64,000 nt of DNA from Candidatus Micrarchaeota archaeon. Lineage in GTDB: Archaea > Micrarchaeota > Micrarchaeia > Micrarchaeales > CABMGC01. A model generated the notes under the pieces. It was not told where the DNA came from. It saw only the letters and a list, made by a program, of their open reading frames with translations, and did no database searches. Positions 30,769 to 41,574 of this stretch are shown here, piece by piece. A program made the position numbers and the translations under genes. The stretch is from the NCBI GenBank assembly GCA_021796225.1, contig JAJYOL010000001.1:3471-67470 (forward strand), read 5' to 3'. How positions within the stretch are numbered: the stretch's first letter is position 1; every line of letters begins with the position of its first letter.

Positions 30769-30846
30769 TCCCTCATAAATCACGCTCCGCATTTTCCATA
30801 TCCGTCGAGTGAAGGTTTTTATATCTAAAAAAGAAATACTTTCTTA

Positions 30847-31518
30847 GTGAATTCTATGACTTTTCTTAAGGACAGCGATAGGAAGCAGATAACACAGATG
30901 TTGGCAACTGAAATGTCTGGAGAAGTAAATCTTATGCTATTTCAGGATCCGTCAAAGGAGAAATGCATGTATTGTGCTCAAACTGTAGAGTTGTTGAAAG
31001 AAGTTTCCACGCTCGACTCGCGCATAAAGCTTTCCATATACGATATAAACAACAGTGCAAAGGAAGCGAAATTCCTCGGAGTTGACAAGGTTCCCGCAAT
31101 AGTTGTCGGGGGTAAAAAAATATACAACGTTCTTTATTACGGGATACCTGCAGGTTACGAATTTTCATCTCTGCTCGGAGACATAATTGATGCTTCAAAA
31201 GGCACGACCGCTCTTTCCGATGCTACAAAGGAAAAATTGCGCGGAATAAAGAATCCTGTCGACATAAAAGTTTTTGTCACTCCAACGTGCCCATATTGCC
31301 CTCAGGCAGTAAGGATGGCGCACCAGTTTGCAATGGAGAACAGCATGATACGCAGCAGCATGATAGAAGCGCAGGAGTTCATGGAATTATCTTCCAAATT
31401 CGACGTAATGGGCGTTCCGAAAATAGTCATAAATGATAAAATAGGACTGGAGGGTGCACAGCCGGAGGAAGCGTTCCTGCAATCGGTTCTCGATGCGGGA
31501 GCTTACGTGCGCGAATAA
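30847..31518 (+). CDS. Protein disulfide oxidoreductase with two thioredoxin-like units (CMYC and CPYC)
   Basis: Two CxxC motifs in glutaredoxin-like halves. Confidence 0.75.
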   Translation: MNSMTFLKDSDRKQITQMLATEMSGEVNLMLFQDPSKEKCMYCAQTVELLKEVSTLDSRIKLSIYDINNSAKEAKFLGVDKVPAIVVGGKKIYNVLYYGIPAGYEFSSLLGDIIDASKGTTALSDATKEKLRGIKNPVDIKVFVTPTCPYCPQAVRMAHQFAMENSMIRSSMIEAQEFMELSSKFDVMGVPKIVINDKIGLEGAQPEEAFLQSVLDAGAYVRE

Positions 31519-31540
31519 TGCAATAACACTGGTGAATTGC

Positions 31541-32461
31541 ATGAACATATATAACGGATCAAAGAACGCGGTCATATTTAACGTAATTGCAGCCGCAGTG
31601 ATCGGAATATTTTCAGCACTGCTGTTTCCCGGTTCGGGGATTTTTGTCGGGATAATATCCCTAATATTCCTATTCGCCCTGTCAATTCGCGTCATAAACG
31701 AATGGAATCGTATGCCTGTCCTCCATCTCGGCAATTACAATGGCATAATCGGTCCTGGACTTCTGTTGATTACCCCGTTCATAGAGACTACTCCTTACAA
31801 ATTAGATTTGAGGGTCATAAACACCGCGTTCAGTGCCGAACAGACTCTGACAAAGGATAATGTTCCCGTAAGCGTCGATGCGATATTGTTCTGGCAGATA
31901 CTCGATTCAGAAAAAGCAATACTCAACGTGCAATCGTATTACGATTCTGTGCAGCTTGCTTCACAGACTGCATTGAGGGACGTAATAGGGAAAAGCACCC
32001 TTTCAGAAATGCTCGAGGGGAGAAACATAATAGGGCAGGACATCGATGCGCTGATACAGGACAGGGTTGCAAGTTGGGGAATACGCGCAATATCTGTAGA
32101 AGTTCGTGATGTTAAGATACCTAGGGAATTGCAGGATGCGATGGCCAAGGTTGCGACCGCCGACAGGGAAAAGCTGGCACGAGTGGCGCTCGCGGAAAGC
32201 GAATCCCTTGCCGCAGACAAGATACTCGAAGCGGCAAAGAAGTATGAAAAGGACAAATACGCGATGCAGCTTCGTTCGCTTAACATGATGTATGAAATAA
32301 GCCTTAACGGAAAGAACCAGATAATATTCATACCTACGGAGAACAGGGGATTCAGTCTTCCGACTCCCATGGGCGTACTGGGCATAGAGCAATTGGCAAA
32401 ACCTTCCCAATCCAAATCCCACAAGCAGCAATCTTCGGAGAAGAAGGGCGAAGAGGATTAG
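31541..32461 (+). CDS. SPFH/band-7 (stomatin/prohibitin-like) membrane protein
   Basis: N-terminal TM helix then band-7 domain. Start moved to ATG 31541 after the stop of the upstream gene. Confidence 0.8.
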   Translation: MNIYNGSKNAVIFNVIAAAVIGIFSALLFPGSGIFVGIISLIFLFALSIRVINEWNRMPVLHLGNYNGIIGPGLLLITPFIETTPYKLDLRVINTAFSAEQTLTKDNVPVSVDAILFWQILDSEKAILNVQSYYDSVQLASQTALRDVIGKSTLSEMLEGRNIIGQDIDALIQDRVASWGIRAISVEVRDVKIPRELQDAMAKVATADREKLARVALAESESLAADKILEAAKKYEKDKYAMQLRSLNMMYEISLNGKNQIIFIPTENRGFSLPTPMGVLGIEQLAKPSQSKSHKQQSSEKKGEED

Positions 32462-32506
32462 ACAAACCGTTAAAACATTGATTGACGTTTATGATAGCGT
32501 GATAAC

Positions 32507-33133
32507 ATGGCTCTGTTCTTGATTTTGGCAATCGTTGTAGCGGCTATACTCGGAATCATAGTATTGACTTACAACGGTCTGATTTCAAAGCGCAATTCCG
32601 TGCAGGATGCATGGGCGCAGATAGACGTTCAGCTGAAGCGAAGATACGATTTGATACCGAATTTGATAGAGACCGTCAAGGGCTACATGAAATACGAAAA
32701 AGGCGTAATGACGCAGATAACAAAACTTAGAAGTTCGCTGATGGCGGGATCTGTTCAGGATCGTGCAAATGCCGATAACATGCTCAGCAAGACGCTCAAA
32801 AGCCTGTTTGCCGTGGCGGAAAATTACCCCGATCTCAAAGCATCGGAGACTTACAAGAATCTGCAGGAAGAACTTGCGAATACGGAAGACAAGATATCTT
32901 TCGTACGCACCTCATACAACGATTACGTGCTTCAATACAACAATGCAATACAGCAATTCCCCGGGAATCTCTTTGCCGGACCGATGGGGTTCAAGAAATT
33001 TGATTTCTTCAAGGCTCCTGACGAAGAGAAAAACGTGGTAAAGGTTAATCTCACCGGTGACGGTTCGGAACAGGCAAAATCCCCACAAAAGAAAAATCAG
33101 AGAAAGAAGAACGGTTCTTCTGCGGAAAAATGA
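32507..33133 (+). CDS. LemA family protein
   Basis: N-terminal TM helix; LemA signature NSVQDAWAQIDVQLKRRYDLIPNL. Confidence 0.8.
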   Translation: MALFLILAIVVAAILGIIVLTYNGLISKRNSVQDAWAQIDVQLKRRYDLIPNLIETVKGYMKYEKGVMTQITKLRSSLMAGSVQDRANADNMLSKTLKSLFAVAENYPDLKASETYKNLQEELANTEDKISFVRTSYNDYVLQYNNAIQQFPGNLFAGPMGFKKFDFFKAPDEEKNVVKVNLTGDGSEQAKSPQKKNQRKKNGSSAEK

Positions 33134-33181
33134 CGCTCCGTTCCGATATGCTGCGATAAACGTGCACGTGTACATTTTAAG

Positions 33182-34090
33182 ATGAAACGAATGGCAAGCT
33201 TCTTCACCGAAATAGCGGCAAACAGACTCAAATCCGTAGCTATGCTGGCAATATTTTTCGCGTTTTTCATGGGTATTGCCTATCTTTTTTCATACGTGTT
33301 CGGCCTTGGCATATTCGGCCTAGGCATCGGAGCCGCGATAATCGCGGTCTACGCGATTTTCTCCTATTCTGCAGGTGACAAACTCGTGCTGAAACTTTCA
33401 CATGCAATTCCAGCAGAAAGATCCGAATACCGCACGTACTACGCCGCGGCAGAAGGAATGTCAGCTGCAATGCAAGTGCCGATGCCAAAACTTTACGTGA
33501 TAGACGATCCTAATCCCAACGCATTCGCTACCGGCAGAAACAAGAAGCATGCTTCGATAGCAGCTACGACCGGTCTTCTGAAAATGATGGACAGGCGGGA
33601 GCTCGAAGGCGTCATATCCCACGAAATGTCGCACATAGCAAACAACGATATTCTCTTCATGCTCATCGCCGTCGTATTCGCAGGGGCAATAGGCATACTC
33701 GCGGCGTTCATACGCAGCATATTCTTCTTCGGTCCGATAGGCGACAGGGGAAGAAACAACGGCGGATTTCTCGTGCTGATAGCGCTCGCAATAAGCCTGC
33801 TCGCCCCCATGTTTGCAATACTCTTGAGACTTGCTATATCGCGAAGGCGGGAATATATGGCAGATGCAAACGGGGCAAGAATAACAAGAGATCCGGCATC
33901 CCTCGCGTCGGCTCTGAAAAAAATATCGACTTATTCATCAGCGCCTTCGGCCAAACCCGTTAAACATGCAAACGATCTTACGGCATCATTATATTTTTCA
34001 AATCCATTTTCTAAAAATTCCATTTCAAATCTGTTTTCCACTCATCCGCCGATAAACGAGAGAATAAATCGCCTTGAACACATGTTCTAA
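33182..34090 (+). CDS. htpX: M48-family zinc metalloprotease HtpX-like
   Basis: HEMSHI zinc-binding motif; 4 TM helices. Confidence 0.8.
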   Translation: MKRMASFFTEIAANRLKSVAMLAIFFAFFMGIAYLFSYVFGLGIFGLGIGAAIIAVYAIFSYSAGDKLVLKLSHAIPAERSEYRTYYAAAEGMSAAMQVPMPKLYVIDDPNPNAFATGRNKKHASIAATTGLLKMMDRRELEGVISHEMSHIANNDILFMLIAVVFAGAIGILAAFIRSIFFFGPIGDRGRNNGGFLVLIALAISLLAPMFAILLRLAISRRREYMADANGARITRDPASLASALKKISTYSSAPSAKPVKHANDLTASLYFSNPFSKNSISNLFSTHPPINERINRLEHMF

Positions 34091-34153
34091 TTCAGAAAAA
34101 AACATCGCCGAACTTATAAAAGACAGCTACCCTTTTCACAGTAACCTTTTTAG

Positions 34154-34615
34154 ATGCTCGTGCAATATATATACTATTTGTCAAAGAAAGGTGGGTTCTT
34201 GGCTGGGAAGACTGTATTAAATAAATACAGCATGTTTGTATCCGAAATGCATCATTACATACGCAACAGGTCTGCGGTGGATTTAGATCCGTCCATGAAG
34301 AAAAAAGCGTCATTAATTGCTTCTTTTTCATCAAGCCATTCATGGAAGACGTATGAATATCTTTCAGGAAAGGGTCCATTCGACAAGGATGCGATACTCG
34401 AGGAGAAAAAGCACGCTTTTGAAAAAGGGTGGACTGATATAAACGAAAGCGACATTGAAGAAGTAATGCAGCTTGACATAAGCGACTATGCTGTAAGCAT
34501 GTGGCTTTTTTACACTTTGGAAAAGGATACGCGCGGAGAATACCGCGATTTATTTTCACAGATATGCAAGGAATTTGCGTACGGGCTTGAGCCCATAGAA
34601 AGAGTAATGGACTAA
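34154..34615 (+). CDS. Hypothetical protein
   Basis: 153 aa acidic ORF upstream of kae1. Confidence 0.35.
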   Translation: MLVQYIYYLSKKGGFLAGKTVLNKYSMFVSEMHHYIRNRSAVDLDPSMKKKASLIASFSSSHSWKTYEYLSGKGPFDKDAILEEKKHAFEKGWTDINESDIEEVMQLDISDYAVSMWLFYTLEKDTRGEYRDLFSQICKEFAYGLEPIERVMD

Positions 34616-34628
34616 AACCATTCGTATT

Positions 34629-35612
34629 GTGATACAGATGCGAGTCATCGGAATAGAGAGCAGCGCTCATACTTTCGGAGTCGGCATAGTCGATGATGGA
34701 AAAATCCTGGCGAAAGAGAAAGAAATGTTCCATATAGGAACGACAGGGATGATACCCGCGGAGGTTGCGGAATTCCATACAGACAATGCCGCAGAAGTCA
34801 TAAACCGCGCACTCAAAAGTGCGAATTTGAATTATTCCGACATAGAAGGTATCGGATACACGCGCGGTCCTGGATTGGGACCATGCCTGCAGGTCGGATA
34901 TCTTTCTGCAAAGACTCTGGCCAAGAAGTTGAAAGTTCCAATAGCCCCGGTAAATCACGGTGTCGCCCACATAGAATCCACGCGTTTAATATCGGGAATG
35001 AAGGACCCGATAGCTCTTTATGTCAGCGGTGGCAACTCTCAGATCCTCAAAATGGATAACAAGCCGTTTAAGCACTATCGCGTACTAGGCGAAACGTTTG
35101 ATATAGGGGTAGGCAACATGCTTGATTCATTTGCAAGGGAACTCAAACTAACACCTTCATGGGGCTCTTCGATTGAGAAAAAAGCTTCCGGAGGCAAATA
35201 CGTCGAAATGCCTTACAGCGTAAAGGGGATGGATTTCTCCTTTACCGGTTTGTTAACAAAAGCCGTTTCCATGATCCCTGACGTTCCGGCAAAGGATTTA
35301 TGCTTTTCAATTCAGGAAGCTGCCTTCTCGATGCTTGCCGAAACTACGGAACGCGCACTACTTTTGACGAACAGCGATGAAATATGCGTGTGCGGAGGCG
35401 TTGCGCAGAACAGCAGATTAAAGCAGATACTGAATTTGGTGGCAAAGGAGCATGGGGCAAGGTTCGGATTCATTGAAGGAGCTTTAAATGCAGACAACGG
35501 AGCCATGATCGCAATGGTTGCGGAGCGCATGCTGCTCGCCGGACATTCTACTTCAATTGACAAATGCGATATAGAGCAGAGATTCAGGGTGGATTCGGCA
35601 GAGGTGTTTTGA
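34629..35612 (+). CDS. kae1: tRNA N6-adenosine threonylcarbamoyltransferase Kae1
   Basis: VIGIESSAHTFGVGIV, GPGLGPCLQVG, VNHGVAHIE. Confidence 0.9.
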   Translation: MIQMRVIGIESSAHTFGVGIVDDGKILAKEKEMFHIGTTGMIPAEVAEFHTDNAAEVINRALKSANLNYSDIEGIGYTRGPGLGPCLQVGYLSAKTLAKKLKVPIAPVNHGVAHIESTRLISGMKDPIALYVSGGNSQILKMDNKPFKHYRVLGETFDIGVGNMLDSFARELKLTPSWGSSIEKKASGGKYVEMPYSVKGMDFSFTGLLTKAVSMIPDVPAKDLCFSIQEAAFSMLAETTERALLLTNSDEICVCGGVAQNSRLKQILNLVAKEHGARFGFIEGALNADNGAMIAMVAERMLLAGHSTSIDKCDIEQRFRVDSAEVF

Positions 35613-36196
35613 TGGTTATCGGAGAAGGCGCCGAGGCGCAAATATACTTGGAAAACATTCTCGGCCTTGAGATGGTAGTGAAAGTAAGGCAGAGGAAGGA
35701 ATACCGCATTCCGGAAATCGACGAGCCGATGCGCAGGAGAAGGACGCGAAAAGAAGCCGGATTGATGATTGTGGCATCGAAAGCCGGCATAAACGTTCCG
35801 CACGTAATCGCCGTTGGGAAATTTTCAATATACATGGAGAAAATCGGGGGAAAACTGCTCAAGGACATTCAAAATTCAAAAACATACATGGAAAAAGTGG
35901 GAAAGGAGCTGGCAAGGATGCACGATTCCGGAATCGTGCACGGGGATTACACGCCTGCAAATATCATGATATCTGGAAACGAAACAACCATAATAGATTT
36001 CGGCCTGGCGGACATGAGTCTTGATCCAGAGCAGAAAGCCGTAGATCTTCTTCTCATGAAGCGATCTGTTACGAGAGGCATGTATGCGCATTTCGAGCAT
36101 GCATACGTTAACGCGTCGCGCAACGGCACGGCTGTGAAAAAACAGCTTGCCGAAACGGAGCGCAGGGGCCGCTATCAGTCAAGAACACTTAGCTGA
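35612..36196 (+). CDS. bud32: KEOPS kinase Bud32
   Basis: Small kinase fold, HGDYTPANIM, IDFGLA. ATG overlaps the kae1 TGA (TGATG). Confidence 0.85.
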   Translation: MVIGEGAEAQIYLENILGLEMVVKVRQRKEYRIPEIDEPMRRRRTRKEAGLMIVASKAGINVPHVIAVGKFSIYMEKIGGKLLKDIQNSKTYMEKVGKELARMHDSGIVHGDYTPANIMISGNETTIIDFGLADMSLDPEQKAVDLLLMKRSVTRGMYAHFEHAYVNASRNGTAVKKQLAETERRGRYQSRTLS

Positions 36197-36197
36197 T

Positions 36198-37376
36198 TCA
36201 ATATATCAGCAGCGGTATTTCGACCTCATCCTTTGCAAGTCCGCCATGCTTTCCAAGCTGTTCGTAATCCTTCGGTTTTTCTCCCGGAAAGACATAAGAT
36301 ATCGAATGTAAACCTTTAGCCAGTGCGATATGCGTTCCGAATCTGTAGCGCAACGCTTCATCCACTTTTTTCTTGCCGAAGAGCCCGGCAGATATCGCTT
36401 CCTCGGAATCCATGAGCACGGCAAAGTCCTTGAAGTTTTTTTCAAAATAAGTTTCAAATTTTGCATCCATCCCTTCCCGTGCCTGCATGAACAATGCCCT
36501 GCCGCCTCCCCAAGGGGGCATGCTGAGAAAATCCAGGAACCTATCATTGCTGTCAACGAGTTTTCTTTCCTTGTTCGATACGCATATCTGCCCATGGTCT
36601 GCTGTTATTACGAGATTCCACCCTTTTTTCTTCAGCAGCGGCACCAGATTCCTGTCTATTGAGGCAAGCATGCCTGTCAGATGCTCAAGCACTTCTTCCG
36701 ATTTGTAAGAGTGCAGGTGCTCCAGGGAATCGAGAATGTCGTAATATGCTATTATATAATCGCATCCGTCTTTTTCGATTTCCTTGCGCAGCCTGACAAT
36801 CATCTCGTCAAAGACGGTATAAGGCATGACATTTTCTTCGTGGAACATTGTCCATTGGCCTCTCTTCCTGGTTATTTGCTTCGGATATGCGATCTTAATT
36901 CTCAGACCGGCTTCCTTTGCACCATTCAGTATGTTCGCCTTCGGAAACAACAAGCTGGGATTATACGTATTTAGGCCGAGTTCGTCAGGACTCAGCAATG
37001 CGGACATCTTTATGCTGTTTATCATGATGCCCGCATCTTTGAGGAAGAGCGAGTCTCCGACGATTCCATGCTCCGCCGTGCTCATTGTGCCGTAAATGCT
37101 CGTAAGCCCTGTCATCGTGGTTGTCGGAAACACCGCATGTATCTTTGTGATTTCCGCCTTCTCAAGCATCTTTGCGGCTTCCTTCCTCTCTTTTCGTATC
37201 CTTTCAATCAGATTGTAGCCTAGTGCGTCTACCACGAGAAATATTTTCTTATCCCTGCTTCCGGTAAATTTTCCGTTTGCAAGATTTCCGAGTTCCAGCC
37301 CTGCCTTAAGGTTGGATTTTTCAATATTTGGAACGGCGAAGCCTTCTTCTTCAAGTTCTGACAGCAGTGCCGGCAC
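36198..37376 (-). CDS. Alkaline phosphatase-superfamily (type I phosphodiesterase/nucleotide pyrophosphatase-like) protein
   Basis: Metal-ligand pattern VVDALGYN ... ITADHGQ ... HGGL. Confidence 0.65.
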   Translation of the reverse strand: MPALLSELEEEGFAVPNIEKSNLKAGLELGNLANGKFTGSRDKKIFLVVDALGYNLIERIRKERKEAAKMLEKAEITKIHAVFPTTTMTGLTSIYGTMSTAEHGIVGDSLFLKDAGIMINSIKMSALLSPDELGLNTYNPSLLFPKANILNGAKEAGLRIKIAYPKQITRKRGQWTMFHEENVMPYTVFDEMIVRLRKEIEKDGCDYIIAYYDILDSLEHLHSYKSEEVLEHLTGMLASIDRNLVPLLKKKGWNLVITADHGQICVSNKERKLVDSNDRFLDFLSMPPWGGGRALFMQAREGMDAKFETYFEKNFKDFAVLMDSEEAISAGLFGKKKVDEALRYRFGTHIALAKGLHSISYVFPGEKPKDYEQLGKHGGLAKDEVEIPLLIY

Positions 37377-37690
37377 GATATCCCCGACTTACTTTACACT
37401 CAGGCATTTTAATATCTATCGCGATTGCACGTCTGCACAGCGCTTACGCTAAGCCATAAAGAAACCTGCAGGCTAATCACAGTTCGCCTACTCTCCTCTT
37501 CTGAGCTCTCTTGACTCTTCTGCGCCTTTTCTTTACCCATTTCCAGCGCATTCGTCCTTTCTTTTTCCATTTTCTGGGGATACTTCCCAAATGTGACACC
37601 TGATTAAATAGCTAATTATTATCACAGCATACCTTTATATATTTTCATTAGGAACCTCTTATTTGTCTTTACTTAGGTAGTGGTAATAAT

Positions 37691-38476
37691 ATGGCAAACA
37701 ACCCTGCATCTTATCTTTTGCTGCTTGTAATAGTTCTTGCCGCGATTTTCGCAATATACTACATAACAACGCACTTATTCAAGAATATCCTGCCGTCTCC
37801 TACGGTAAAGCCTACCACGACGGTTCAACTAAATACCACCGGTTCCGGAAGCAATCAATCGATAAACGGAACGTCAGGCAATACAACCGCTACGGGTCCG
37901 GTAGCAGGCAGCTGCATGACGCGCCTGCCCTATTTGCCTATAAGGAATGGAAACTTCTCAACGGGAACGTATGAAGGGTGGAATACCACGGGCAACGGAT
38001 TCGGAGCAGTTCCATTCAACATAAGCTTTGCAAACGTGTACGGATACTACTATGCCGCTCCATGGGCAAATTACAGCGGCTCATTCGTCGCAACGACATA
38101 CAAAATAGGGACGGAGGTAAGCCCCGGCAACATAACATCGGATCAATTCAAGGTTACCGAGCCGTATCTGAACTTCAAGCTCATATCTCCTCAGGACGGT
38201 TATCTTTATGTGGAAATACTGGAAAACGGCAGGCCGTTCATGATAAATCATTATGACACGTTTGCCGCTGCGGGCAACTACAACCCTCAAACCAATTTCA
38301 TAAACATAAGCGTATCCATGGCTCCGATAATGTGCCAGAACGCGAGCGTGCGCATAGTATCCGACGTGGTAAACACGCATACCAGCAAATACGAGTACAT
38401 TGCGGCAGGGGATTTCTACCTCAGCACAAATGCGCACAACACCGCCGGCGTACTTGTAAACACATCGATAATATGA
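37691..38476 (+). CDS. Secreted or membrane-anchored glycoprotein
   Basis: N-terminal TM anchor, Thr/Asn-rich linker, many sequons. Confidence 0.5.
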   Translation: MANNPASYLLLLVIVLAAIFAIYYITTHLFKNILPSPTVKPTTTVQLNTTGSGSNQSINGTSGNTTATGPVAGSCMTRLPYLPIRNGNFSTGTYEGWNTTGNGFGAVPFNISFANVYGYYYAAPWANYSGSFVATTYKIGTEVSPGNITSDQFKVTEPYLNFKLISPQDGYLYVEILENGRPFMINHYDTFAAAGNYNPQTNFINISVSMAPIMCQNASVRIVSDVVNTHTSKYEYIAAGDFYLSTNAHNTAGVLVNTSII

Positions 38477-38519
38477 TACAAATGCGGCCTGTCAGAATGT
38501 TGAATGCAGCTGATGTCCG

Positions 38520-39953
38520 ATGGACAAACCACTTATAATCTACAATACTCTTTCCAGAAAGGAAGAAGAGTTTCATCCTCTATCCGAAAAGGACACGCGC
38601 CTGTTCGTATGCGGCCAAACCGTTTATGACGATGCGCATATAGGGCATGCGAAAGTATACATAAACTTCAGCATAGTCTCCAGATGGCTGAGGCATCTCA
38701 ACTATCCTTTAAGATATGTGCAGAACATCACGGATGTCGATGATAAGATAATCGCAAGGGCGAAAGAGCGCAACATGGATCCGATAGAGCTTGCAAGGCA
38801 CTTTGAATCAAGATTTCTGGAAGACATGGATGCCATTCACGTCAAGGAAGACGTTGACACGTACATACGTTCCCACGATTACATAGATCAGATACGCGAA
38901 CAGATACAGCTGCTCCTTGACAAGGGATATGCGTATCCTCTCGAAGGCGACGTATACTATGACGTATCGAAATTCCCTGATTATACGAAACTTTCCGGGG
39001 TAAAGCTTGAAGAGCTCGAGAGGCACAGGATAGAGCCTAAGGAGGGCAAGAAAAACGTATACGATTTTGCCCTGTGGAAAGCCGCAAAGCCTGGGGAGCC
39101 GTCATGGAAGATAACGCTTAATTACAATAACAAATCCTTATCGTTGGATGGAAGGCCCGGGTGGCATATAGAGGATACCGCCATGACGAATGCCGTTTTC
39201 GGCCCGCAATACGATATACACGGAGGAGCATCCGATTTGATATTCCCGCATCATACCAATGAAATAGCCCAGGCGGAGGCTGCATTCGGAAAAGTCCCGA
39301 TGGTGATGTATTGGATGCATTCAGGAGTGCTTCGCGTCAACGGGGAAAAGATGAGCAAGAGTATCGGGAATTTCATAACTATACGCGATATGTTGAAAAA
39401 ACACGGTGCGGAGGAACTGCGCATGCTGATAGCGTCAACGCATTACCGCAAGGAGATAAATTACACGGAAAAGCACATGGAGATGGCATCGAAGAGACTC
39501 CGTTACATGTATTCAGCAATGTGCATATTTTACAACGCGAAAGAAGACGGGGAACACCAGGACGGCAAAATAAAAGAAATACTCGACAAAATGGAAACCG
39601 GATTCACTTCCGCAATGAATTCCGATTTCAATACTCCTTTGGCATTGTCCGAGCTCTCCGCCGCAATAGACTCATTGCGCCTTATCGCGGAAAGCGGCGC
39701 TGCAGTGGGGAAAGCATCAAAGGAAGAATCAATATCGCACATAGTGAAGCTGGCGCGCATATTCGGCATATTTACCAGCGAAGAATACAAAGAACGCCTT
39801 ACGGAAGAAGAATCGCGCATGCTCAAGGATCGCGAGACTATGAGAAAACAAGGCAACTACGCCTCCGCGGATCTCATACGAAAAGAACTGTCGGAAAAAC
39901 ACGGGATAACGCTCGAAGACAGCGAATACGGGACGTTATGGTATAGAAAATGA
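38520..39953 (+). CDS. cysS: Cysteinyl-tRNA synthetase
   Basis: HIGH (DDAHIGHA), KMSKS (KMSKSIGN), Zn-binding Cys. Confidence 0.9.
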   Translation: MDKPLIIYNTLSRKEEEFHPLSEKDTRLFVCGQTVYDDAHIGHAKVYINFSIVSRWLRHLNYPLRYVQNITDVDDKIIARAKERNMDPIELARHFESRFLEDMDAIHVKEDVDTYIRSHDYIDQIREQIQLLLDKGYAYPLEGDVYYDVSKFPDYTKLSGVKLEELERHRIEPKEGKKNVYDFALWKAAKPGEPSWKITLNYNNKSLSLDGRPGWHIEDTAMTNAVFGPQYDIHGGASDLIFPHHTNEIAQAEAAFGKVPMVMYWMHSGVLRVNGEKMSKSIGNFITIRDMLKKHGAEELRMLIASTHYRKEINYTEKHMEMASKRLRYMYSAMCIFYNAKEDGEHQDGKIKEILDKMETGFTSAMNSDFNTPLALSELSAAIDSLRLIAESGAAVGKASKEESISHIVKLARIFGIFTSEEYKERLTEEESRMLKDRETMRKQGNYASADLIRKELSEKHGITLEDSEYGTLWYRK

Positions 39954-39958
39954 CTGCA

Positions 39959-40405
39959 TTATTCTTCAGTTTCATCTGATGCGCTTTCCTCTTTTGTTGC
40001 AACTGGTTTTCCCCCTCTTTTTTTCTGCTTTTCCATCCTTGCGGATGCAAAAAGTATTTCAAGGTCTTCTCCGCTCGGGACATCCATCCACGCCCTTATG
40101 TACGTTGCAATGTTTTTCAAAGGCTTGCTGTATCTGTCGGTGAAACTATACTCGCTGTTTTCATGCTTGAGTATTCCCACGGTGACTCCGAAGTCAAGGT
40201 ATCGCTTCCATGTTGCAAGCGGCAGTTCGCCGTTGCAGTTCTTCAATCTCAACGAACCGGCTTTCTTTACCTCGCTAAGCGCTTTTGAAAATCTGTATGC
40301 CTTGGTCTCATTGTCGAAATAAATTTTTGCAACGTCCTTGATGTTCGGGCTTTTCATCTTTTCCCGAAGTGCCGCATCTTCGAACTCCCAGTATTTGATC
40401 GCCAT
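39959..40405 (-). CDS. Hypothetical protein
   Basis: 148 aa with acidic C-terminal tail. Confidence 0.4.
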   Translation of the reverse strand: MAIKYWEFEDAALREKMKSPNIKDVAKIYFDNETKAYRFSKALSEVKKAGSLRLKNCNGELPLATWKRYLDFGVTVGILKHENSEYSFTDRYSKPLKNIATYIRAWMDVPSGEDLEILFASARMEKQKKRGGKPVATKEESASDETEE

Positions 40406-40458
40406 GATTCTCTATCCATGTACATCTTAAAAAACCTAACGCCGCCCGAAATGGGGGA

Positions 40459-41574
40459 TCATATCTCCCGGTATACGAGAGTCACCACGTCTTTGTCCTG
40501 CAATACGTGGTCTATTCCCATCTTTTGGTTTCTGAACCTGACGCTTTTTCCGTCAACATACGCGTAGCGCAGGTTCTTGGCAGTTTTGGAATGCAGTGCC
40601 TTCGCAACATCCATGACGGTTGCACCTTCCTTCGATATGAACGGTTTTTCCATATCTGCAATGCCGTCCTTCGGTTTCAGGTATATTCTCATCAGTCTCA
40701 GTCTGCTGAAAAGCAAATCCCCGAGTTCGTCAAGATTCGTGCCGTATGCCGCGCTTATTTTTACAACATCCATCCCGGTTTTCTTTTTTATCTCGTTGGA
40801 TATTTTTTCCGCCTTATTCTTTTCCATCGTGTCTATCTTGTTCAGCACGACGACTCCGTTTATGTAAACGACGTTTCCCGAAAGGATGTCTATCAAATCG
40901 TCTGCCGTTGCATCCTCATAGAAATAGATATCAGCATTGAATATCGAGAATTCGTTCAGTATCCCGACTACCGTATCCTTGTCCGGGATCTTGTGGTTGT
41001 TCGCAGCCACTATTATACCGCCGGTCTGGTGGCGTTCTATTCTGATTCTCGGCGTTTGCCTGTTCGGTCTTATTCCAAGGAGATTGATTTCGTTTATCAA
41101 TTCATACAGTTCTTCCGCTTTGTTTATGTCGACTAGAAACAACAACAAATCAGAAACGCGTATCACGCTTGCTATTTTCGCGCCGTCTCCTTTTCCCGCA
41201 TGCGCTCCGCGTATAAGCCCCGGAAGATCGAGTATCTGTATCATGGCTCCGTTGTGTTCCAGTATTCCGGGTATCACGCTCACCGTAGTGAATGCGTAAC
41301 CGGCGACTTTGGATTCGACTTGCGTAAGCCTTCCTAGAAGAGAAGATTTTCCGGCATTCGGAAAACCGACAAGAGCGACCGTCGCATCGCCGCTTTTTTT
41401 CACGGAGAATCCGATGCCGCCATGGCCTTTTTTTGCAGACAGGTCTTTCTTGAGCTTCGCTATCTTCGCGCGCAATATTCCCAGATGTTTATTGGTCGCT
41501 TTGTTGTGTTTTGTTTTGGAATATTCGTCTTCCAATTCTTTTAATTTGCTTCCTGTTGCATTCTCAGCCGTCAT
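40459..41574 (-). CDS. Developmentally regulated GTP-binding protein (DRG/Obg family) with TGS domain
   Basis: G1 GFPNAGKSS, G3 DLPG, G4 NKID, C-terminal TGS. Confidence 0.85.
   Translation of the reverse strand: MTAENATGSKLKELEDEYSKTKHNKATNKHLGILRAKIAKLKKDLSAKKGHGGIGFSVKKSGDATVALVGFPNAGKSSLLGRLTQVESKVAGYAFTTVSVIPGILEHNGAMIQILDLPGLIRGAHAGKGDGAKIASVIRVSDLLLFLVDINKAEELYELINEINLLGIRPNRQTPRIRIERHQTGGIIVAANNHKIPDKDTVVGILNEFSIFNADIYFYEDATADDLIDILSGNVVYINGVVVLNKIDTMEKNKAEKISNEIKKKTGMDVVKISAAYGTNLDELGDLLFSRLRLMRIYLKPKDGIADMEKPFISKEGATVMDVAKALHSKTAKNLRYAYVDGKSVRFRNQKMGIDHVLQDKDVVTLVYREI

Noticed and set aside
34092-34970. 292 aa minus-strand ORF
   Set aside because: Antisense to kae1 and the upstream hypothetical gene; low-complexity Cys/Ser/Leu-rich translation; no motifs.
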